Shown in pieces: positions 18,086 through 25,381 of a stretch of DNA of 25,381 nt (positions within the stretch are counted from its first letter, which is position 1; each line of letters opens with the position of its first letter). The stretch covers positions 1-25,381 of the forward strand of contig JBAXBA010000052.1 of the NCBI GenBank assembly GCA_037142195.1, read 5' to 3'. Below the pieces are notes generated by a model. That model did not search any database, was not told the origin of the DNA, and saw only the letters and a program-made list of their open reading frames with translations. The stretch comes from Pseudomonadota bacterium (lineage in GTDB: Bacteria; Bdellovibrionota_B; Oligoflexia; Oligoflexales; CAIMVM01). A program made the translations under genes and the position numbers.

Positions 18086-21052
18086 ATGCCTAGTAGTAAC
18101 AAAAATTCAAAGGAAGAAGCTGCCCTAGTTGAGTACTTGGATGAGTGCACCGAAATGCTCGAGCGTTTCTCAAAAAATCTTTCGCTCATGGAATCCGGAA
18201 AAGTCAGCCCAGAAATGCTCGCAAGCATTTATCGCGAAATGCATACCATAAAAGGAAATTCCCAGTTCTTTGGATTTTCGCAAGTAGGAGTTTTGGCTCA
18301 TGCAATGGAAAGCAGCCTAGATCCGGTTCGCAAGGGAACTGCTGCCGTAACGCAGTTATTAGTAGACGGGCTCTACCAAGGCGCCGATGTGATTTCGACT
18401 CTCTTGGCTGGAATACGAAGAGATCACAAAGAGCCAGATCTTCATAAACTAGTAAGTGATCTTGTCCCAAGGCTGGTAGATCTGACCTCTAACATCGTTC
18501 CTGAGTCGAAGTTACCGGAGCCACAAGTTGAAAAATCTGAGGTTTCGAGTGACAACGTTCAGCTGAGTAAAGACCTCAAGGAAAATGGTATGCTTGCTCC
18601 AGTGATAGGGGAGACTCAGGCTCAAGGGGGCCCTGAAGCGGAAAAACCCAAAGAAGCAGAAGTGGAAGAGGAAGAAATTGAAGGATTTGTGCTTTTCGAC
18701 AATCTTCCAGAACACTTAAAGCTTCCAGTAGCGCAGCCTGCGGCCTCTGATTCGTTAGAATCAGGGAACACATCAAAAGTCGAAGATGGGCAACAATCCA
18801 ACTTCGAGACGACTTTAAAGTCTGGGGATCAGTCAGTCAAATCAAATGGGGATGAAGTCCAATCGGAAACAATTCGAGTTCAGGTAGCGTTGTTAGACAA
18901 TCTCATGAATCTTGTTGGTGAGCTGGTGCTAATAAGAAATCAACTGCTTCAGCACGCCAAAGTAAATGACAGCGATTCTGAATTTGACAAGATGAGTCAG
19001 CGCCTAAATGTACTTACCGCTGAACTTCAAAATGAAGTTATGAAAACAAGAATGCAACCGGTAGGCAATGTTCTTAATAAATTTACCCGCGTGGTTCGGG
19101 AAATGGGCCGGGAGCTCGGGAAGAAGATCGAGCTTAATATTTATGGTTCTGAAACAGAATTAGACAAAACCATAATCGAAGCTGTTAAAGATCCTCTGAC
19201 GCATATTATCAGAAATGCAGTTGACCACGGAATTGAGTTGCCGGCGGACAGGAAGGCACTGGGAAAGCAGGATACGGGCCGACTAAATATAAAAGCACAT
19301 CACGAAAGTGGCCAAGTTATTATAGAAATAACCGATGACGGCAGAGGCCTTGATCCTAAGGCAATCGGGACCAGTGCTGTCAATAAAAGACTTATCACTT
19401 CAGATGCGCTGGCTAAGATGACTGATCGCGAAATCCAGTTTCTCATTTTCGCACCTGGCTTTTCTACAGCCGCAACAGTATCTAGTCTGTCAGGACGCGG
19501 CGTGGGCATGGATGTTGTAAAGACCAACGTCGAACGTATTGGCGGGATGGTAGATTTGGCGAGTAAGCCTGGCACCGGAACAACTGTTAAGTTAAAGATT
19601 CCTCTTACACTGGCTATCGTGCCTGCTTTAATTGTAAAAGCCCTGAATCAAAGCTTTGCTATTCCGCAAAGCAAGCTCGTGGAACTAGTTCGAATTGACA
19701 AATCCGACTCCAAAAGTGAGAAAATCGAGGTCTTGCAAGGAAGTCCGGTTCTAAGGCTTCGGGGTAAAATTTTGCCACTTCTTAATCTTTCGGAAGTATT
19801 GACTCATAGAATTCAAGATAATAAAAATTTGAATATAAGTCCCTTCGACGTGGGTTCCGTAAATATTGTGATCCTAAATGCCGATGCCTTTCAATTCGGC
19901 TTGGTAGTCGATGCAGTCGAAGATACAGCTGATATAGTTGTAAAATCCCTTTCATCTTTTCTGAAAGAGATCACTCATTTCTCTGGTGCAACGATTATGG
20001 GCGACGGATCCGTGGCACTCACTCTTGACGTGATGGGAATCTCTACCTCTGTGCGCATGACCGCCGAATCTGAAGCAGCAGGAATTGGAGCCCTAGGCGG
20101 ATTTCATGACTACCGTGGGCGGCATCAAATGGACTCTTCTGAGTTTCTAATGATAGATGTAGGTGCGCCAGGAAGTTACGTGATTCCTTTGACGGTGGTT
20201 AGCCGCCTGGAAGAGTTTGAAGAAGAAGACTTCGAGCTATCAGGAGAGCAGAAGGTCGTTAGATACCGAAATTCTCTACTGCCGATTTTTTCTCTCCCTG
20301 AATTTTTACATCTTCCTTTCTCTGCTGTGGTGGCAAGGAAAGAAAAAACTCCTGTAGTTGTCATTAGACGCGGCGATAGTCTTTTTGGAGTCGAAGTCCT
20401 GCAGATACAAGATGTGGCTGCATTTCCCTCTACTATCGATCAAACCGTACGAGACCGACCTGGAATATTAGGGACTATGGTGGCGGATGACCATGTTTTA
20501 GTTGTTGTAGATATTTTTGGTATGATTGATGCGGTTAAGCTGAAACTTGCAGTTGAAGCCGGCGTAGAAGCAAGCGAGTCTGATCTAGGAAGTGGATCTT
20601 CTAGAAAAGACATTATTAATAAGCGTCGAAAAACGCGGATCCTGATTGTTGAAGACAGCTCTTTCTTTAGAACTTACATGCGCCAGATTCTAGAAGATGC
20701 AGGTTATCTTACAGATACAGCATGCGATGGGCTCGAGGGCTGGAGCGCTCTTGAAAACGCAGATCCCAAACATTTTAGCATGGTTCTGTCCGACATTGAG
20801 ATGCCGGGTATGACAGGGTTAGAGCTGGCTCGAAAGATTTCAGATGATCGAAAATACAGTCATTTACCCCTTGTTGCTATCACAACAAGATTTAGTGGCT
20901 CCGATTTCGAGCGAGGACGCGCCGCTGGATTTACACGCTACCTTGAAAAGTTAAACGCAGAAAAGCTCTTAACGGAAGTTGATGAGTTGATTTCTCAAGT
21001 CAGTTCTATGTCAGAGTCAAGAAAGGAGTTAAAACTTGCAAGCAGCAACTGA
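18086..21052 (+). CDS. cheA: Hybrid CheA with C-terminal receiver: Hpt-dimerisation-HATPase-CheW-CheW-REC (F5-like)
   Basis: Hpt: YREMHTIKGNS. Dimerisation: LDNLMNLVGELVLIRNQL. Kinase: IRNAVDHGIE, SGRGVGMDVV. Two P5 domains. REC: ILIVEDS, SDIEMPGMTG, ITT, LEK. Confidence 0.95.
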   Translation: MPSSNKNSKEEAALVEYLDECTEMLERFSKNLSLMESGKVSPEMLASIYREMHTIKGNSQFFGFSQVGVLAHAMESSLDPVRKGTAAVTQLLVDGLYQGADVISTLLAGIRRDHKEPDLHKLVSDLVPRLVDLTSNIVPESKLPEPQVEKSEVSSDNVQLSKDLKENGMLAPVIGETQAQGGPEAEKPKEAEVEEEEIEGFVLFDNLPEHLKLPVAQPAASDSLESGNTSKVEDGQQSNFETTLKSGDQSVKSNGDEVQSETIRVQVALLDNLMNLVGELVLIRNQLLQHAKVNDSDSEFDKMSQRLNVLTAELQNEVMKTRMQPVGNVLNKFTRVVREMGRELGKKIELNIYGSETELDKTIIEAVKDPLTHIIRNAVDHGIELPADRKALGKQDTGRLNIKAHHESGQVIIEITDDGRGLDPKAIGTSAVNKRLITSDALAKMTDREIQFLIFAPGFSTAATVSSLSGRGVGMDVVKTNVERIGGMVDLASKPGTGTTVKLKIPLTLAIVPALIVKALNQSFAIPQSKLVELVRIDKSDSKSEKIEVLQGSPVLRLRGKILPLLNLSEVLTHRIQDNKNLNISPFDVGSVNIVILNADAFQFGLVVDAVEDTADIVVKSLSSFLKEITHFSGATIMGDGSVALTLDVMGISTSVRMTAESEAAGIGALGGFHDYRGRHQMDSSEFLMIDVGAPGSYVIPLTVVSRLEEFEEEDFELSGEQKVVRYRNSLLPIFSLPEFLHLPFSAVVARKEKTPVVVIRRGDSLFGVEVLQIQDVAAFPSTIDQTVRDRPGILGTMVADDHVLVVVDIFGMIDAVKLKLAVEAGVEASESDLGSGSSRKDIINKRRKTRILIVEDSSFFRTYMRQILEDAGYLTDTACDGLEGWSALENADPKHFSMVLSDIEMPGMTGLELARKISDDRKYSHLPLVAITTRFSGSDFERGRAAGFTRYLEKLNAEKLLTEVDELISQVSSMSESRKELKLASSN

Positions 21053-21539
21053 ATCGCGCAGTGATAGTAGTAAGGATGGAGCCAAGGGGGGTGGCAAATC
21101 CTTGGCAGAGTCGTCCCAATTTTCCACTTTTTATGTGGCAGGTCGACTTTACGGCATTGATGTGACAAGAGTGCAAGAAGTGGTTCGTCCGATGCATATA
21201 ACTCCTATTCCTCTTGCACCTGAATACGTCGTGGGGCTCATCAATCTAAGAGGGCAGGTAACAACGGCGATTGGCCTTAGAGAGTTATTTGGTTTAAAAG
21301 ACACCCCCCCCGAGACTTTTATGAATGTAGTTTGTCGTATCGATGGCTCGCTTATTTCTCTGCAAGCAGATGAAATAGGCGATGTGGTTGAAGTCATGGA
21401 AAAGGACTTTGAGTTAACCCCTCAAACCGTTCCAGCGGAAGTTCGTCAATTTATGTCAGGTATCTATAAAGTATCTGATTCTTTATTGAGCATTATTGAC
21501 ATAGATCGTATTGGTAAATTTTTGAATCATAAACTTTAA
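21036..21539 (+). CDS. cheW: CheW
   Basis: YGIDVTRVQEV, TPIPLAPEYVVGLINLRGQV. The TTG start is 7 nt after AGGAG. Confidence 0.94.
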   Translation: MQAATESRSDSSKDGAKGGGKSLAESSQFSTFYVAGRLYGIDVTRVQEVVRPMHITPIPLAPEYVVGLINLRGQVTTAIGLRELFGLKDTPPETFMNVVCRIDGSLISLQADEIGDVVEVMEKDFELTPQTVPAEVRQFMSGIYKVSDSLLSIIDIDRIGKFLNHKL

Positions 21540-21562
21540 ACTTTTTTTGGAGAGAAACGAAC

Positions 21563-23533
21563 ATGAGTAGCTCAGCGAACGACCTAACCAACAGCGACAA
21601 TATCATCCGAGACAAAATAGTATCTTTGACTTCTCAAAATGATAGTCAAGATAATTCAGAAATGGTAGCGGCCATAAACCGAGTTCAGGCAGTTATTTCA
21701 TTTAAGCTTGATGGAACCATTCTAGATGCCAATGAAAATTTCCTAAGCACTCTAGGATACACTTTATCTGAGATTAAGGGTAAGCATCATCGCATGTTTT
21801 GCGATCAGACCTATGTTAATTCAGATGCCTATAGACTCTTTTGGGAGAAGCTAGGTAGGGGTGAATTTGACAACGGCGAGTATAGAAGAATCGGCAAAGG
21901 TGGCAAAGAGGTGTGGATCAACGCTTCATACAATCCCATTTTTGATGCATCTGGAAAAGTTTCCAAAGTGGTTAAGTTTGCCGTCGATATTAGCGCGCAA
22001 AAGCTTAAAGATTGTGAGCTGGCAGCATTGAGAAAGTCTCAAGCTGTGATCGAGTTCAATCTTGATGGTACAGTGATTGCTGCCAATGATAACTTTCAAA
22101 AAACACTTAACTATTCCCTGGACGAAATCAAAGGCAAGCATCACTCTATGTTTTGTGATCCTGCCTATACGGCATCAGCGGAGTACAGGAATTTTTGGGC
22201 GGATTTAGCGCGTGGCGAATTTCAGACTGGGCTCTATAAGAGAATAGGCAGACAGGGCAAAGAAATTTATATCCAGGCATCTTATAACCCTATATTTGAC
22301 CTTAATAACAAGCCTTACAAGGTCGTCAAATATGCTACAGACGTCACAAAGCAGACCCTTGAAAGAATGGCACAAGAAGCAACCGTAGGCCGTATTCAGT
22401 CCATGATGGATAATATTCCTATCAATGTGATGATGGCCGATAAAGATGGGACGATTCTGTATATAAATCCGAAAAGCATCCAGACACTAAAGACTATTGA
22501 AAAAGATCTTCCGATTCCTGTCGAAAAGATTTTAAATCACAGCTTCGATGTGTTTCATAAAAATCCTGCTCATCAGAAGAAGCTAGTTGCCGATGACCGC
22601 AATTTGCCTCATGAAGCGAAGATAAAGTTGGGACAAAATACCCTAGCCCTTCTGGCAACGGCTGTTTATGACAATAATCGAAAGTATTTGGGGCCGATGG
22701 TAACATGGGAGGTCGTCACAGATCGCCTTCTTTTGGTGCAAAATGTTACTGAAGCTTCTCGTCAGCTTGCGGCAGCATCTGCTGAATTGAACGCAACGGC
22801 GACTCAGCTTAGTGGCAATGCAGAACGTTCTACATCCGTGGCAAATTCCACGGCATCAGCCTCCGAAGAAGTTTCTCAGGGAGTTCGAACAGTTGCCACA
22901 AATACGGAAGAAATGTCAGCATCCATTAAAGAAATCGCGCGCAACGCCGCTGAGGCCTCTACTACCAGTGCGACAACATTGAAGCAGGCTCAGGCCACGA
23001 ACTTGACGATTACGGCATTGGGTCAAAGTAGCCAAGAAATTGGAAATGTGATTAAGGTGATCAGTTCTATCGCGCAGCAAACCAATCTATTGGCGTTAAA
23101 TGCTACTATTGAAGCCGCTCGCGCCGGTGATGCCGGTCGCGGATTTGCAGTGGTTGCAAACGAAGTGAAAGAGTTGGCTAAGCAGACTGCCAAAGCCACT
23201 GAAGACATTACTTCCAAGATCACCGGCATTCAAAAAGAGAGTACGGGCGCTGTCGAAGCCGTTGCCGCCATTGGCCATACTATTGAGAAACTCAATGGAA
23301 TTGCTGGAGCGATAGCAGCATCTGTTGAAGAGCAAGCAGCCACAACAAATGAAGTTTCTCGCGTTGTACAAGAGTCAGCAAAAGGTGTTCTTAATATTAC
23401 GGACAATGTAAAAATTGTATCGCAATCTGCGTCGGAAACTCTAGTGGGTGCGAACCAAGTTCTAACTGCCGCAAAATCTCTGAGCGACCTTGCCACTCGT
23501 CTCGATGAACTCGTGAAGAAAATTCAGATTTAA
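21563..23533 (+). CDS. Soluble chemoreceptor: PAS-PAS (BdlA-like), PAS (Aer2-like heme), 38H signalling domain
   Basis: No TM segment. Two repeats of QAVI.F.LDGT...ANxNF...GKHH.MFC...FW...ASYNPIFD. The third PAS has FDVFHKNPAHQ. Tip [27 protein letters not shown] with arms of ~134 and 133 aa. Confidence 0.93.
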   Translation: MSSSANDLTNSDNIIRDKIVSLTSQNDSQDNSEMVAAINRVQAVISFKLDGTILDANENFLSTLGYTLSEIKGKHHRMFCDQTYVNSDAYRLFWEKLGRGEFDNGEYRRIGKGGKEVWINASYNPIFDASGKVSKVVKFAVDISAQKLKDCELAALRKSQAVIEFNLDGTVIAANDNFQKTLNYSLDEIKGKHHSMFCDPAYTASAEYRNFWADLARGEFQTGLYKRIGRQGKEIYIQASYNPIFDLNNKPYKVVKYATDVTKQTLERMAQEATVGRIQSMMDNIPINVMMADKDGTILYINPKSIQTLKTIEKDLPIPVEKILNHSFDVFHKNPAHQKKLVADDRNLPHEAKIKLGQNTLALLATAVYDNNRKYLGPMVTWEVVTDRLLLVQNVTEASRQLAAASAELNATATQLSGNAERSTSVANSTASASEEVSQGVRTVATNTEEMSASIKEIARNAAEASTTSATTLKQAQATNLTITALGQSSQEIGNVIKVISSIAQQTNLLALNATIEAARAGDAGRGFAVVANEVKELAKQTAKATEDITSKITGIQKESTGAVEAVAAIGHTIEKLNGIAGAIAASVEEQAATTNEVSRVVQESAKGVLNITDNVKIVSQSASETLVGANQVLTAAKSLSDLATRLDELVKKIQI

Positions 23534-23543
23534 CCGTTTTTTG

Positions 23544-23566
23544 GGGGTTCCGGTTGTCGGAACCCC
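23544..23566 (+). other. GC-rich intergenic stem-loop without a U tract (mRNA stabiliser or weak attenuator)
   Basis: GGGGTTCCG-GTTGT-CGGAACCCC between mcp and cheB. Confidence 0.55.
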
Positions 23567-23593
23567 AGCCTTACCTTAGCCTGGACTACTTAA

Positions 23594-24688
23594 ATGCGAG
23601 TTATGGTTGTTGATGACTCAGTCGTATTTCGCTCCCAGCTTAAGAACTGTCTTGACGGAGAGCAGGGAATCTCGGTGGTTGCCACCGCAGCAAATGGAAA
23701 GATTGCCCTGGATCGACTTGAGAGAGAACCTTGCGACCTGATTATTTTAGATCTCGAAATGCCGGAAATGAACGGACTTCAGTTTCTAGAAGAATTTCGA
23801 CGACGAAAAATGCCCCAGAGAATCATTATTTTTGCGGCTCAAACAAAAGAAGGGGCAAGCCAAGTAATGGCGTCTCTCAATGCTGGAGCAAGTGATTTTA
23901 TTGCAAAGCCTACGTCTGCCACTAATCTGCAAGATGCTCTGGAAGGGATTAAAAGAGACCTGCTTCCAAAAATACAGCAATTTAAAAAAAGTCATCACAG
24001 CGCTACGGAAAATACCAAAGGGTCTTTGTCAACACTGGCGAGCCAGAGTCCCAGTGAGAAAAGCTCGGATCAGGCACCCGCCTATAAATCTATTCGATTG
24101 GAAACATTTAAACCGCAAGTGGTTGTGATTGGTTCTTCTACGGGAGGCCCTATGGCCCTAGAAAAGCTGTTTTCGGCACTTAACGGCAAGGTGCCTTTGG
24201 TCCCGATTCTTATAGCGCAGCATATGCCCCCCTACTTTACAGAGGCTCTTGCAAAGCGGATTGAGGCAGTATCTGGCATTCCAAGTGCTGAAGGCAAAGC
24301 TGGCGAACCGATTTTGCCAGGACGAGTCTATATGGCACCTGGTGATTATCACATGAGTATTCAGCGTTTGCCTCAAGGTTCCAAGCCTGTCATAAAGCTT
24401 GACCAGAGCGCAAAGCGCAATAGCGTAAGACCTGCAGTTGATTTTCTTTTTGAATCAGCTGCAAGAGAATACACCGGTTCTTGTGCGGGATTTATTCTGA
24501 CGGGAATGGGAGAAGATGGAAAAGATGGTTCTGTAGCCATAAAACGCTCCCAGGGCGGTATTATGATTCAGGACAAAGAAACCTCCGTCGTTTGGGGAAT
24601 GCCGGGTTCCGTTCATAGTGTAGGTGCCTTTGATAAAGAAGGAAATATCGAAGAGTGTTCTAGAATATTGCTCCACATGGTGAGTTAA
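23594..24688 (+). CDS. cheB: Chemotaxis methylesterase CheB (REC plus esterase)
   Basis: REC: VVDDS, LDLEMPEMNG. Catalytic motifs GSSTGG, QHMP, GMGEDG; also RPAVD and VWGMP. Confidence 0.96.
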   Translation: MRVMVVDDSVVFRSQLKNCLDGEQGISVVATAANGKIALDRLEREPCDLIILDLEMPEMNGLQFLEEFRRRKMPQRIIIFAAQTKEGASQVMASLNAGASDFIAKPTSATNLQDALEGIKRDLLPKIQQFKKSHHSATENTKGSLSTLASQSPSEKSSDQAPAYKSIRLETFKPQVVVIGSSTGGPMALEKLFSALNGKVPLVPILIAQHMPPYFTEALAKRIEAVSGIPSAEGKAGEPILPGRVYMAPGDYHMSIQRLPQGSKPVIKLDQSAKRNSVRPAVDFLFESAAREYTGSCAGFILTGMGEDGKDGSVAIKRSQGGIMIQDKETSVVWGMPGSVHSVGAFDKEGNIEECSRILLHMVS

Positions 24689-24717
24689 GTTTCAACTACA
24701 AAGGGAAATCGGTTTCA

Positions 24718-25362
24718 TTGACCATTCTATTTGGCGAATTTCTAATTGATAAGGGCCTTCTACCCAAAGAACAGGTATTAGAGGCCCTTATCTATCAGAT
24801 GAGCTCACACTCGTCTCTGTCCCAGTTGATATTTGAAAATAAGCTACTTACTTGTGAAGAGCAGTTGAAAGTATTGTCCTATCAGAGACGTAGCGGCAGT
24901 GACTACCAAAATAGTGCGGAAGTTCTCGGTGTTTGGAATCAAGAACTGGCAAATAAACTGAAGTCTATCGAAAAAAGTAGAGGCAAACCGACGCTAGGTG
25001 AAGTGCTCATTAAGCTCGGCTTTTTTGATATTAGCGAAATGACACAGGCACTTGAGAGTTTCTTAGAATATCGCGATGCCATTCGCAGTTCAGAGATAGA
25101 TCGCGGGGCAACGGGCCCTTCTCAGCAAAGAAGCGATACATCAACTGAGGCAGAGAGACTGGCCCATTTTATTGAAGATCGAATGCTACCAGAACTCCAG
25201 TTGGCGCAGGCAAAGCTAGAAAACCCCACTTGTTGTCGCAGCGCTATTGATGAAGTTTCTAGCTCGCTATTAGCAGAACTTAAGACTTTAAGAATGATGA
25301 GCGACGTGAATAGAGTTGAGAAATTAGGGTCTTCCGCAGAATTAGTGGGTGCTTTTAGGTAA
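24718..25362 (+). CDS. Hypothetical protein with MshEN/GspE-N-like helical repeats and a possible degenerate Hpt-like tail
   Basis: LFGEFLIDKGLL....VLEALIYQ, LSQLIFENKLL....QLKVLSYQ and LGEVLIKLGFF....MTQAL resemble the xLGxxLxxxGLxxxxxLxxALxxQ repeat. Confidence 0.7.
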   Translation: MTILFGEFLIDKGLLPKEQVLEALIYQMSSHSSLSQLIFENKLLTCEEQLKVLSYQRRSGSDYQNSAEVLGVWNQELANKLKSIEKSRGKPTLGEVLIKLGFFDISEMTQALESFLEYRDAIRSSEIDRGATGPSQQRSDTSTEAERLAHFIEDRMLPELQLAQAKLENPTCCRSAIDEVSSSLLAELKTLRMMSDVNRVEKLGSSAELVGAFR

Positions 25363-25381
25363 AATGTCTGCGAGTTCCCCG

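Noticed and set aside
21660..22350. Internal nucleotide repeat resembling a repeat array
   Set aside because: Explained by duplicated PAS domains. No CRISPR-like repeat-spacer array was seen anywhere in the window.
2125..24676. Numerous 60-150 aa ORFs overlapping or antisense to the called genes (e.g. 7595-8044, 10668-11126, 18145-18447)
   Set aside because: These are shadow ORFs of well-supported genes and have no recognisable motifs.
25340..25381. A second IS end at the right edge (GGTAAAATGTCTG...) truncating the last ORF
   Set aside because: Only ~34 nt are available. It does not match the left TIR or a pattern I can confidently assign.

Overview
Chromosomal window, probably from a Bdellovibrionota/Oligoflexia-like bacterium (my inference from MCP signalling-domain motifs, DUF1844 and gene order). 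A housekeeping core sits between two chemosensory clusters: tRNA-Leu(TAG), tandem-FHA protein, DUF1844, clpB-like ATPase, tRNA-Gln(TTG), prs, short rplY, pth, rpsF and rplI, with no rpsR. The left, minus-strand cluster (Hpt / cheA without Hpt / cheW / mcp) looks damaged or remodelled. Its CheA is split by a -1 frame offset, and its MCP is cut short by what looks like an IS256-family terminal repeat at bases 1-54. Two tandem, 66%-identical CheY-like genes face away from it. The right, plus-strand cluster is the most unusual part. It holds a globin with a C-terminal helical tail and two adjacent CheA kinases with mirror-image receiver placement (REC-Hpt-kinase-CheW-CheW and Hpt-kinase-CheW-CheW-REC). 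These are followed by CheW, a soluble 38H receptor (two BdlA-type PAS plus one Aer2-type heme PAS), a CheB with an atypical receiver, and an MshEN-like repeat protein. Together they suggest a cytoplasmic O2/redox-sensing chemosensory system. Several sigma-28 (FliA)-type promoters with exact 15-nt spacing precede non-flagellar genes (clpB-like, FHA protein, pseudo-REC-HisKA). All calls come from manual reading; no database searches were run.
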